NCBI GenBank assembly: GCA_964291625.2
Contig: OZ220090.1
Location: 224,001 to 288,000 of the forward strand
Length of the DNA stretch: 64,000 nt
Direction of reading: 5' to 3'
Source: Candidatus Latescibacterota bacterium
GTDB lineage: Bacteria; Latescibacterota; UBA2968; UBA8231
The translations under genes and the position numbers were made by a program. Positions 37,953-47,198 of the stretch are shown here, in pieces. The notes below the pieces were generated by a model. That model worked only from the letters and a program-made list of their open reading frames with translations, ran no database searches and had not been told where the DNA came from. The stretch's first letter is position 1, and every line of letters starts with the position of its first letter.

Positions 37953-39548
37953 CTACTGGTCGTAGCGTTCCCGGTACATCGCCCGCAGCGCCTCCGCCTC
38001 CTCGGGATCGAGCCCCTTCATCCAGGCGTGCTCCTCCCGGGCGAGGAGGGCCGCCACCCGGGCGCGGTACTTCTCGCCCAGCTCCTCGCTCCGGCCCTCC
38101 GCCGCCTCCACCGCCGCCGGCAGGAACTCCAGGTAGTAGTGCTTGGCCACCTCGTACATGCCGTGCCAGTGGGTGTAGTCGGGGCCCATCATGCTGGCCC
38201 CGTGGCGGGCCCGGCGGCCTTCGTGGTGCCACAGCTCCCAGAACACCCACTGCACCTCGTGCTCGAAGGGCGCCTCCGGCTTCAGCACGCCGTCGGCGGC
38301 GAGGTCGTCCATCATCGCCTTGGCCGGCCGCGCGAACTTCTCGTTGTAGAGGACGATCAGGTCGTCGAACTGCTTGTAGAAGTTGTCCACGTAGGTGTCG
38401 CTGTGGCAGTTGAGGCAGGCGCCCTTCATCTTCTCCCGCCGCTCCTGCCAGGTGACGATCTGCGCCACCCTCCTCGGGACCGTCCGGCCGACGAGCTCCT
38501 CCCCCTCCACGAACTTCTCCTCCGTCTCCACCAGCTCTCCCGGTTCGGGCAGGGCGCGCGTGTCCGGATAGTCCTCGCGGAAGCCGTCCTCGAAGATCAC
38601 CAGGTTCTGCTTGGTGCTGATCACCGGCCTCAGGGTCCAGCTGATGCGCTCCCCCACGTCGTGGCTGTTCGCCTCGTACACCCCCTGGGGCGTCATGTAG
38701 CTGCTGATGTGGCATGTGGCGCACGTGGGGGCCGCCGAGTAGTCGCGGCCGAGGACCCAGTCGCCCTCCTTGTCGAGGGCCATGCGGTCGCGGTTGGCGT
38801 AGAAGGCGATGCCGTGCTTCGACTCGTTGTAGACCTCGATCTGCGGATGGTCGGGGCCCATGTGGCACTTGCCGCAGTTCTCGGGCGCCCGCGACAGGCT
38901 GGCCTGGAAGGCGTGGCGCGAGTGGCAGGCGTGGCACGAGCCCTTCGAGCCGTCGGGATTCAGCCGCCCCATGCCGCTATTGGGCCAGGTGTCGGCGTCG
39001 ATCACCGGCTTGCCCTCGCGGCCGTCGCGCAGGATGGCGCCGGACTCGTCGCGCTCGAAGCGCACGATGCTGCCGTGGCACTGCCAGCAGCCGTTGACGG
39101 CGTCGGCGATGTTGTCCGGGAGGCCGGCGGCGCGCTCGGCCAGGATGTTGTCGAGGCTGGCCAGGATCTCTCCCGCCCGGGCGTGGTGGCTGACGGAGAA
39201 CTGCTCGAACTCGCGCACGTGGCAGGTAGCGCAGTCCTTCGGGGTCACCAGCGCCGAGATCCAGACCCCCTCGTGCTCCCAGGCGTCGACGTCGTCGGGG
39301 CTGGCGGTGTGGCAGTCGAAGCAGCCGACGCCGAACTCGGCGTGGCGCGACGCCTCCCACTCCATCACCAGGGCCGGGCTGTCCTGGCGGTGGCAGGAGA
39401 CGCAGCCCTCGTTGGAGGCGGTCACCACCGGTCCGGGCTCCTCCTCCTGGCGGGCGAGCCTCGACTCGTGGTAAGCCACCAGCAGCAGGGACAGCAGGAA
39501 GAGGAAGGAAAGGGCCGCCACGAGGTAGCGCTTGGCCGTCAGTGTCAT
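37953..39548 (-). CDS. Octaheme cytochrome c, hydroxylamine oxidoreductase (HAO)-like
   Basis: Eight CxxCH motifs (CVSCH, CFDCH, CATCH, CWQCH, CHACH, CGKCH, CATCH, CLNCH), GPDHPQIEVYNESKHG, MMGPDYTHWHG and an N-terminal anchor. Confidence 0.9.
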   Translation of the reverse strand: MTLTAKRYLVAALSFLFLLSLLLVAYHESRLARQEEEPGPVVTASNEGCVSCHRQDSPALVMEWEASRHAEFGVGCFDCHTASPDDVDAWEHEGVWISALVTPKDCATCHVREFEQFSVSHHARAGEILASLDNILAERAAGLPDNIADAVNGCWQCHGSIVRFERDESGAILRDGREGKPVIDADTWPNSGMGRLNPDGSKGSCHACHSRHAFQASLSRAPENCGKCHMGPDHPQIEVYNESKHGIAFYANRDRMALDKEGDWVLGRDYSAAPTCATCHISSYMTPQGVYEANSHDVGERISWTLRPVISTKQNLVIFEDGFREDYPDTRALPEPGELVETEEKFVEGEELVGRTVPRRVAQIVTWQERREKMKGACLNCHSDTYVDNFYKQFDDLIVLYNEKFARPAKAMMDDLAADGVLKPEAPFEHEVQWVFWELWHHEGRRARHGASMMGPDYTHWHGMYEVAKHYYLEFLPAAVEAAEGRSEELGEKYRARVAALLAREEHAWMKGLDPEEAEALRAMYRERYDQ

Positions 39549-39570
39549 GCGAGCAATCCTCCCGGGGGTC

Positions 39571-40653
39571 TCAGGGGACGTGTCCGGTGTCGAGGCTCTC
39601 CCACACGGTCAGGGCGAGAAAGCCGAGAAAGGCGAGGGCTCCCAGAGCAACGGAGGCGGTCTCGGGCAGGCGCAGGCGCCGTTGCAGCCAGCTCTCGATG
39701 AAGGGCCAGAGCAGCACCGCCGCCAGCGCCGCCGCGGTGAGCAGCACGGTGATCCGCAGGGAGGTGAGCTTGAGGAGGCGGAAGCTGAAGTAGAAGTACC
39801 ACTCGGGCTTGATGTGGTCGGGGGTCCGGGACGGGTCGGCGGGCTCGCCGAGGCCCGCCGGCCAGACCAGGGCCAGCAGGGTCAGGACGTACATCAGCAG
39901 CACGCCGATGAGCAGCTCGGTGGTGGCGTGGTCGGGCCAGAAGGGGAAGTGCCGCTCCTCCTCGCGGACCTCCTCCCCTTCGAAGACGTGCTCGGTGACG
40001 CCCTGCATCCGCACCAGGCTGATGTGCAGTCCCAGGAGGACGAAGGCGGCGGTGGGCAGCACGCCGATGTGGAGGATGAAGAGCCGGGTCAGGGTGTTGG
40101 CGCCGATCTCCTCGCCGCCGCGCATCAGGTGCGCCGCCACGGTCCCGACCCCGGGCAGGGCTTCCACGAGGTTGGCGGCCACCGTCACCCCCCAGTAGCT
40201 CAGTTGCTCGTAGACGAGGGAGTAGCCGGTGAACCCGAAGGCGAGGGTGGTGAGCAGCAGGCCGACGCCGACCATCCAGTTGAGCTGGCGCGGGTGGCGG
40301 TACGAGCCGGTGAAGTAGACCCGCAGCATGTGCAGGAAGAGGGCGGCGATCATGAGGTGGGAGGCCCAGTGGTGCAGGGAGCGGATGTACCAGCCGAAGC
40401 GGATCTCGCGGGTGATCGTCTCGACGCTGGCGAAGGCCTGCTCGGGGGAGGGCACGTAGTAGAAGGTCAGGGCGATGCCGGTGAGGACCTGGACGACGAA
40501 GAGGTAGGCCACCGTGCCGCCGAGGCAGAACCACCACTTCTTCAGGTGACGGGGCACCGGCTCGGCGCCGGCGTGGCGTATCAGCTCCCAGTCGAGGGGG
40601 AAGAGGTCGCTCCAGCGCCGCTCGCGGGGGGCGGCCTCGCCGGGCGTCCTCAC
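39571..40653 (-). CDS. Cytochrome b of a Rieske/cytochrome b complex (fused b6 plus subunit IV type)
   Basis: WWFCLGG, IRSLHHW, HMLRV, FTGYSL, LHI..LP..LHI and PEWYF. Confidence 0.93.
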   Translation of the reverse strand: MRTPGEAAPRERRWSDLFPLDWELIRHAGAEPVPRHLKKWWFCLGGTVAYLFVVQVLTGIALTFYYVPSPEQAFASVETITREIRFGWYIRSLHHWASHLMIAALFLHMLRVYFTGSYRHPRQLNWMVGVGLLLTTLAFGFTGYSLVYEQLSYWGVTVAANLVEALPGVGTVAAHLMRGGEEIGANTLTRLFILHIGVLPTAAFVLLGLHISLVRMQGVTEHVFEGEEVREEERHFPFWPDHATTELLIGVLLMYVLTLLALVWPAGLGEPADPSRTPDHIKPEWYFYFSFRLLKLTSLRITVLLTAAALAAVLLWPFIESWLQRRLRLPETASVALGALAFLGFLALTVWESLDTGHVP

Positions 40654-41132
40654 CCGCGCCGTCTCCGGGGGGGCCTGACTTCCAGGTAGACCACCTGGCT
40701 CTCCTCGTCTATGATCAGCGGCGCCGGGTGCAGGCGCTGGCCGGCGTCGGCGGGAGGCCCGGAGAGGGCGACGCCGTCGGCGTCGAAGACGCCGTTGTGA
40801 CAGGGACAGAAGAAGCGCGCCCGCTGCGGCTGCCAGTGGACCTTGCATCCCAGGTGGGGGCAGGTCGAGCTGAAGGCCTGGAGGCCCTCCGGGGTGCGCC
40901 GCACCAGCACCTCGTTGCCCTCCAGGTCGAGGATGGTGCGCACCGTCCCGGGGGGGAAGGCCGCCACCGGCCCGACGAAGATCCGCCGCCGGGAGGCCCG
41001 GCGCGCGGGCAGGAGGAAGCCCAGGAACTGGCTCGCCAGGGTGCCGTACGCCGCCAGCAGGCCGGCGCCCATGAGCACCGACGCGAGCCACGAGCGGCGC
41101 GAGGGGCCGCCCTTGTCGCGCGTCTCCGTCAT
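40650..41132 (-). CDS. Rieske 2Fe-2S protein
   Basis: Tat-like SRRSWL plus TM segment, CPHLGC and CPCHNG boxes, SGPP. Confidence 0.93.
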   Translation of the reverse strand: MTETRDKGGPSRRSWLASVLMGAGLLAAYGTLASQFLGFLLPARRASRRRIFVGPVAAFPPGTVRTILDLEGNEVLVRRTPEGLQAFSSTCPHLGCKVHWQPQRARFFCPCHNGVFDADGVALSGPPADAGQRLHPAPLIIDEESQVVYLEVRPPRRRRG

Positions 41133-41167
41133 GCCATGTCCCTCGTCTCAATTAGGATGCGCAATTC

Positions 41168-42505
41168 TTGAACCGGCCGCACGTCCTCTACCTGCACTCC
41201 CACGACACCGGGCGTTACGTCGCTCCCTGCGGGTACGCCGTGCCAACGCCGCACTTGCAGCGGCTGGCCGGGGAGGGCGTCCTCTTCCGCCAGGCCTTCT
41301 GCGCCAACCCCACGTGCTCGCCGAGCCGGGCGAGCCTGCTCACCGGCCAGTGGGCCCACAGCTGCGGCATGGGCGGGCTCGTCAACCGCGGCTGGAGCCT
41401 GCCCCGGCCCGAGCGCCTGCTGCCGCGGGTCCTCGCCGCGGCGGGGTACCGCACGGTGCGCGCCGGCCTCCAGCACGTGGTCGCCGACCCCGCCGAAGGC
41501 GGGTACGAGCGCATCCTCGACGACGGCCGTCCCGTGGAGGAACGGGCCGCCGCCTTCCTGGGGGAGCGCCACGACCGCCCCTTCTTCCTCGACGTGGGCT
41601 TCACCGCCACCCATCGGCGCGGCCGGGGGTTCGACCCGCCGCCGGCAGGGGAGGAGCCCACCGACCCGCGCTTCGTGCAGCCCCCGGCGCCGCTGCCCGA
41701 CGCCCCGGAGATCCGCCGGGACATGGCGTCGTACATCGACGCGGCGCGCACCCTCGACCGGCAGATGGGGCGGGTCCTGGCGGCCCTGGAGGCCAGCGGC
41801 CTGCGCCGCGAGACGCTGGTGATCTGCACCACCGACCACGGCCTCGCCTTCCCGTGGATGAAGTGCCACCTCACCGACCACGGCCTGGGGGTGATGCTGA
41901 TCCTGCGCGGCCCCGGCGGCTTCGAGGGCGGCCGCGCCATCGACGGCCTGGCGAGCCAGATCGACCTCTTCCCGACGGTCTGCGAGGTGGCCGGCCTGGA
42001 GCGGCCGGACTGGCTCCAGGGCGTCTCCCTGCTGCCGCTGGTCGAGGGCCGGCGGCAGGTCCGGGAGGAGGTCTTCGCCGAGATCAACTACCACGTCTGC
42101 CACGAGCCCCAGCGGGCGGTGCGCACCCGCCGCTGGAAGTACATCCGCCGCCTGCACCCGCGGGCCCGTCCGCTCCTGCCCAACTGCGACGACAGCCCCA
42201 GCAAGGACTATCTCCTGGCCCGCGGCTGGGGCGAGCGCGAGGAGGCGTCCGAGAGGCTCTACGACCTGAACGCCGATCCCCTGGAGCAGCGCAACGTCGC
42301 CGCGGAGCCCGCCCACCGGCAGGCGCTGTCCGAGATGCGGGGACGCCTGCTGCGCTGGCAGCGGGAGACCGGCGATCCTCTCCTCGACCGGCCCTTCCTC
42401 GAGCCGCCGGCTTCGGCCGTCGTCGCCGACCCGGAAGCCCTGTCGCCGCGGACGGCGCCCACCTTCCCGGCGCGGGAGTTCCTGGAGGCGCGGGCCGGCG
42501 GGTGA
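41168..42505 (+). CDS. Sulfatase (sulfamidase-like)
   Basis: HSHDTG, CSPSRASLLTG, TTDHG and LYDLNADPLE. Confidence 0.92.
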   Translation: MNRPHVLYLHSHDTGRYVAPCGYAVPTPHLQRLAGEGVLFRQAFCANPTCSPSRASLLTGQWAHSCGMGGLVNRGWSLPRPERLLPRVLAAAGYRTVRAGLQHVVADPAEGGYERILDDGRPVEERAAAFLGERHDRPFFLDVGFTATHRRGRGFDPPPAGEEPTDPRFVQPPAPLPDAPEIRRDMASYIDAARTLDRQMGRVLAALEASGLRRETLVICTTDHGLAFPWMKCHLTDHGLGVMLILRGPGGFEGGRAIDGLASQIDLFPTVCEVAGLERPDWLQGVSLLPLVEGRRQVREEVFAEINYHVCHEPQRAVRTRRWKYIRRLHPRARPLLPNCDDSPSKDYLLARGWGEREEASERLYDLNADPLEQRNVAAEPAHRQALSEMRGRLLRWQRETGDPLLDRPFLEPPASAVVADPEALSPRTAPTFPAREFLEARAGG

Positions 42506-42690
42506 GCGGGTCGGGCGACAGACCCCCGACGGAGCGCCGGCCGGCTCGAGGCGCGGCGGGACCCTGAAGCCGGCCGTTGGCCCGTGGTCCGGTCCGGCGG
42601 GACTCGCCGACCGGTTCGCAGGGACGGCGGCCCTGGACCTATCCTTCCACAAACCAGCCTGCAATCGGCGGCATATCCAGGAGGAGTTCC

Positions 42691-43845
42691 GTGAAGATCA
42701 CCGATGTCGAAGTGATTCGTTTCCGCACGAGAAAGAGGGGCCGGGGCGCCGGGTCCCGCTGGGGCTACGGCGTCTGGAAGGGAGACGGCGGGGTCGAGAC
42801 CACCAGCTCGATCACCCGGATCTCCACCGACGAGGGAGTCAGGGGCCACATCCCGGGCGGCGACAAGAACAAGGTGGAGGGGTTCTTCAAGGGTCTGCTC
42901 GTCGGGGAGAACCCCCTGAACAGCGAGAAGATCTGGCACTGGATGGACCAGCAGTGCACCCGCAGCCACGGCCTCGGCGAGAACGAGATCGGCCAGATCG
43001 ACTGCGCCCTGTGGGACCTGAAGGGACAGATCGCCGGCGTGCCCGTCTACCAGCTCCTCGGGGGGACGCGCGAGAAGGTCGAGGCGTATGCCAGCACCGC
43101 TCCCAACCTCGGCGGGCCCGAGGACTACGCGGCCCTCGCGCGCAGCTGCGTGGAGCGCGGCTACAACGCCTTCAAGATCCACGCCAACATCTTCTGGAAC
43201 CCCCACACCCGGAAAGCAGCGCCCCAGCTGCCCGGCTTTCCCAAGGAGGACGTGGAGATCTGCCGCGCCGTGCGCGAAGCCGTGGGGGACGACATCACCC
43301 TGATGCTCGATCCCTTCGGGGTCTACACCCTGGAGGAGTCCCTGTGGGTGGCGCGGGAGCTGGAGGACCTCGACTTCTACTGGCTCGAGCACCCCATGGT
43401 GGAGACCCGGGTGGAGGCCTACCGCAAGCTGACGGAGCAGACGGAGATCGCCATCTGCTCGCCCGAGCACGTCGGCGGCGGCCCCTTCGCCCGGGCCGAG
43501 TGGCTGCTGCAGCGCGCCTGCGACATGGTGCGCATCGACGTCAACTACGGCGGCATTACCGGGTGCTGGAAGCTGATCAACCTCTGCCAGCTCTACGGCG
43601 CCCAGTGTGAGCTGCACTTCGTCGGGGCCCCGCACCTGCACCTGGCCTCGGCGGCGCCCCAGGCCACCTGCCGCTACTACGAGCGCGGCCTCCTGCGCGC
43701 CGAGCTCGACTACGAGGAGCTGCCGCCCCACCTGACGGCCCTGGCCGACCCCATGGACGAGGAGGGGTTCGTCCACGTGTCGCAGGAGCCGGGGCTGGGC
43801 ATCGCCTACGACTGGGACTTCATCGACGCGAACCGGGTTGACTGA
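42691..43845 (+). CDS. Mandelate racemase/muconate lactonizing enzyme family protein, copy 1
   Basis: IDCALWDLKG, FKIH, metal ligands in MLD/WLEHP/SPE, and CELH. AGGAGG RBS. Confidence 0.92.
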   Translation: MKITDVEVIRFRTRKRGRGAGSRWGYGVWKGDGGVETTSSITRISTDEGVRGHIPGGDKNKVEGFFKGLLVGENPLNSEKIWHWMDQQCTRSHGLGENEIGQIDCALWDLKGQIAGVPVYQLLGGTREKVEAYASTAPNLGGPEDYAALARSCVERGYNAFKIHANIFWNPHTRKAAPQLPGFPKEDVEICRAVREAVGDDITLMLDPFGVYTLEESLWVARELEDLDFYWLEHPMVETRVEAYRKLTEQTEIAICSPEHVGGGPFARAEWLLQRACDMVRIDVNYGGITGCWKLINLCQLYGAQCELHFVGAPHLHLASAAPQATCRYYERGLLRAELDYEELPPHLTALADPMDEEGFVHVSQEPGLGIAYDWDFIDANRVD

Positions 43846-43882
43846 CGGCGCCTGCCGTCCGCAGCCATTCCAGGAGGATCCC

Positions 43883-44992
43883 GTGAAGATCACCGACGTG
43901 GAAGTGATTCGGTTCCGCACGAGAAGGCAGGGCCGGGGAGAGACCACCAGCTCGATCATCCGGATCTCCACCGACGAAGGAGTCCGAGGTCACGTCCCCG
44001 GCGGCGACGACAAGGGCCGGGTGGAGGGGTTCTTCAAGGGTCTGCTCGTCGGGGAAGACCCCCTGAACAGCGAGAAGATCTGGCACCGGATGGACCAGCG
44101 GTGCACCACCGGCCGCGGCCTCGGGGAGCTTGACATGGGGCAGATCGACTGCGCCCTGTGGGACCTGAAGGGACAGATCGCCGGCATGCCCGTCTACCAG
44201 ATCCTCGGCGGGACCCGCGAGAAGGTCGAGGCCTACGCAAGCACCGCTCCCGACCTCGGCGGGCCCGAGGTCTACGAGGCCCTCGCCCGCAGCTGCGTGG
44301 ACCGCGGCTACCGCGCCTTCAAGATCCACGCCAACATCTTCCGGAACCCCCACACCCGGGAGTCGGTGCGCCAGCAGCCCGGCTTTCCCAAGGAGGACGT
44401 GGAGATCTGCCGCGCCGTGCGCGAGGCCGTGGGCGACGACATCACCCTGATGCTCGATCCCTTCGGGGTCTACACCCTGGAGGAGTCCCTGTGGGTGGCT
44501 CGGGAGCTGGAGGAGCTCGACTTCTACTGGCTCGAGCACCCCATGGTGGAGACCCGGGTGGAGGCCTACCGCAAGCTGACGGAGCAGACCCGGATCGCCA
44601 TCTGCTCGCCCGAGCACGTCGGCGGCGGCCCCTTCGCCCGGGCCGAGTGGCTGTTGCAGCGCGCCTGCGACATGGTGCGCATCGACGTCAACTACGGCGG
44701 CATCACCGGATGCTGGAAGCTGATCAACCTGTGTCAGCTCTACGGCGCCCAGTGCGAGCTGCACTACGTCGGGGCCCCGCACCTGCACCTGGCCGCGGCT
44801 GCGCCCCAGGCGACCTGCCGCTACTACGAGCGCGGTCTGCTGCGCGCCGAGCTCGACTACGAGTGGGTGCCGCCCCACCTGACGGCCCTGGCCGACCCCA
44901 TGGACGACGACGGGTTCGTCCACGTGTCCCAGGAGCCGGGGCTGGGCATCGCCTACGACTGGGGCTACATCGAAGCCAACTTGGTGGACTGA
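43883..44992 (+). CDS. Mandelate racemase/muconate lactonizing enzyme family protein, copy 2
   Basis: Near-identical tandem paralogue of copy 1. Confidence 0.92.
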   Translation: MKITDVEVIRFRTRRQGRGETTSSIIRISTDEGVRGHVPGGDDKGRVEGFFKGLLVGEDPLNSEKIWHRMDQRCTTGRGLGELDMGQIDCALWDLKGQIAGMPVYQILGGTREKVEAYASTAPDLGGPEVYEALARSCVDRGYRAFKIHANIFRNPHTRESVRQQPGFPKEDVEICRAVREAVGDDITLMLDPFGVYTLEESLWVARELEELDFYWLEHPMVETRVEAYRKLTEQTRIAICSPEHVGGGPFARAEWLLQRACDMVRIDVNYGGITGCWKLINLCQLYGAQCELHYVGAPHLHLAAAAPQATCRYYERGLLRAELDYEWVPPHLTALADPMDDDGFVHVSQEPGLGIAYDWGYIEANLVD

Positions 44993-44994
44993 GG

Positions 44995-45216
44995 GCGCTG
45001 CACCACGCCGCCTTCGACCGGCACTTCGTCGGCATCCGGGCCGACTACCGGGTCGAGGTGCGGGCCGACATCCGCGGCGAGTCCGACGGCCCCATGCTGC
45101 GCCACGGGCTGCAGGGCCTGCACGGGCAGCGGATCCAGTTGCCGCGCCCCTCGGAGCAGAGGCCCGACCCGGAGCGTCTGGCGCGACGTTACGAGCGCTT
45201 CCGGGCGGCGGGGTGA
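44995..45216 (+). pseudogene. C-terminal remnant of an HNH (restriction-like) endonuclease
   Basis: ALHHAAFDRHFVGIRADYRVEV...DGPMLRHGLQGLHG..LP...RPD..RL..RYERF with no start codon or N-terminus. Confidence 0.7.
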
Positions 45217-45360
45217 GAGCGTGAGCCGCGAAAGGGTCGAGGCGGGTCCGAACCTCGCGCTGCCGATCTCGTCCCGCAGGGAATAGCGGGGCTCCTCCCG
45301 CCCTGGGCCGAGCGCCGCGTGCGGCTCTGTCGAGCGGCTGCGTTCGGTCTCGCCCCTCCG

Positions 45361-45389
45361 TTGACAGTGCTCCCCCCGCCCTCGATCCT
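45361..45389 (+). promoter_or_regulatory. Putative leaderless promoter of permease copy 1
   Basis: TTGACA-17-GATCCT with the ATG 6 nt later. Conserved at 47164-47192. Confidence 0.5.
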
Positions 45390-45395
45390 GGAATC

Positions 45396-46955
45396 ATGCT
45401 CCTCGCCCTGACCCGGAAAGAGCTGCTCACCAACCTGCTCACGGCGCGGCTGGCGCTGATCCTGGTCTTCGCGGTGCTCCTCTGCGGGCTGGCCGCCCTG
45501 GCCGGCAGCCTCGATTTCTCGCAGCGGGTGAAGGACTACGAGGAGGAGGTGCGGCGGGTCGAGCAGGACCTCGAGGAAGCGACGATCTACGCCGAGGTCC
45601 GGCCTCACGTGGTCGCCCCGCCGGAGCCGCTGTCGATCTTCAGCCGCGGCGTCGACAAGGGCGCCGGCCAGCGCCTGGGCATCCAGGTGCACTGGGTCGC
45701 AGCCGAGCTGACGCGCCTCGGCAGCGCCGACAACCGGCTCATGAAGCGGTTCGTCGAGATCGACTTCGCCACCGTGGTGCGGCTCCTCGTGAGCTTCATG
45801 GCCGTCGTCCTGGGCTTCGACGCCATCTGCGGCGAGCGCGAGCGGGGCACCTTGCGCCTGATGCTGGCCAACCCCGTCTCCCGGGGCGTCGTGGTGGGGG
45901 GGAAGCTCCTCGGGGGCGCCCTCTCCCTGTGCGGCTCCATGGCCGTGGCCTTCCTCTTCGCCCTGCTCATCCTCTCCTTCAACCCGGACATCGCCTTCTC
46001 CGGCCAGGAGTGGGCGCGCCTGGCCATCCTCTTCGGCGTCAGCTGTCTCTTCCTGGTGCAGGTCTTCGCCATGAGCCTGGCCGTCTCCACCTTCGTGCGC
46101 GGCTCGGCCACCTCCCTCATGCTCTGCCTCTTCGGCTGGCTGAGCCTGAACCTGGGCTACGGCAACGTGCTGCCTTCCCTGAGCCGCTACGGCGTTCAGG
46201 AGCACACCTACCAGGACTTCCTCGACCAGAACAGCGAGGTTTGGCAGGAGTACGCGCGCGAGCTGGCGGAGTGGAGGAGCAGGAACCCGCTGCCGCCCGA
46301 GGTCTACCTGCGGGACATCACCGCCGGCGCCCGGAGACGGTACGGCCATCCCAGGGGCAACGCCTGGCGGGTGCGCTACGGCGTCCAGGTGCTGGAGCGA
46401 CAGCTCAGGAACTCGCGCCGGATCAACCAGTTCGAGCAGGCCAACTACGCGCCCCTGGCGCGCGAGGCGACCCTGGTCGACGACTGGTCGATCCTCTCGC
46501 CGTTCACCAACTACCAGGTCCTCACCAAACAGCTGGCCCGCACGACGCTGGCCCACAAGTTCCAGCTGCGCGAGGCGGGCTACCGCTACCGGGCCACCTT
46601 CATCGACTTCCTGCGCGGGCGGGAGGCGTTCGGGAGCCGCCGCTGGTTCACCGACGATCCGCCCGGGCAGGAGCCCCTGCTGCCCGACCCGGAGGCCCTG
46701 ACGCCGGAGGATCTGGCCGCCGACAGCCCCTTCATGAAGGAGCGCATGGCCTGGGTCAAACAGCAGGAGGCGATCGCCGCCCGGCAGGGGCGCCGCCTCG
46801 ACCTGTCCGACCTGCTGGCCTTCGACCCGGGCTGGCGCGAGCCCCTGTCGGCGACCCTGCGGCAGATGACGCCGGGTCTGCTGGTGATGGTGCTGACCAC
46901 GGCGGCGGCGGTGATGCTCGCCGTCCTCCGCTTCCTCCGCTACGACCCGAGTTGA
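45396..46955 (+). CDS. ABC-2 type transporter permease, copy 1
   Basis: RKELL, FDAICGERERGTLRLMLANPVSR..GK, multiple TMs and FLRYD end. Confidence 0.9.
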   Translation: MLLALTRKELLTNLLTARLALILVFAVLLCGLAALAGSLDFSQRVKDYEEEVRRVEQDLEEATIYAEVRPHVVAPPEPLSIFSRGVDKGAGQRLGIQVHWVAAELTRLGSADNRLMKRFVEIDFATVVRLLVSFMAVVLGFDAICGERERGTLRLMLANPVSRGVVVGGKLLGGALSLCGSMAVAFLFALLILSFNPDIAFSGQEWARLAILFGVSCLFLVQVFAMSLAVSTFVRGSATSLMLCLFGWLSLNLGYGNVLPSLSRYGVQEHTYQDFLDQNSEVWQEYARELAEWRSRNPLPPEVYLRDITAGARRRYGHPRGNAWRVRYGVQVLERQLRNSRRINQFEQANYAPLAREATLVDDWSILSPFTNYQVLTKQLARTTLAHKFQLREAGYRYRATFIDFLRGREAFGSRRWFTDDPPGQEPLLPDPEALTPEDLAADSPFMKERMAWVKQQEAIAARQGRRLDLSDLLAFDPGWREPLSATLRQMTPGLLVMVLTTAAAVMLAVLRFLRYDPS

Positions 46956-47163
46956 GGGATCCACGACCACCTGAAGTCGCCGCGCTTCCGGGCGGCGGGG
47001 CAGGTCCGGGGCGGACGACCGCGCCCCGGGATGAAGGGCAGGCTCGCTCCGCCAGGCCACAATCCGGCCGTCAGGAGGACGGTCTGCAGCGCGGTGTTCC
47101 TCGATGGGACAGGGATACCTCGGGCCGCGCGGTGCAACTGTCAGGGCGAGGCCTCCGCCTCTG

Positions 47164-47192
47164 TTGACAATGTTCCCCTTGCCCTCGACCCT
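47164..47192 (+). promoter_or_regulatory. Putative leaderless promoter of permease copy 2
   Basis: TTGACA-17-GACCCT with the ATG 6 nt later. Confidence 0.5.
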
Positions 47193-47198
47193 GGAATC

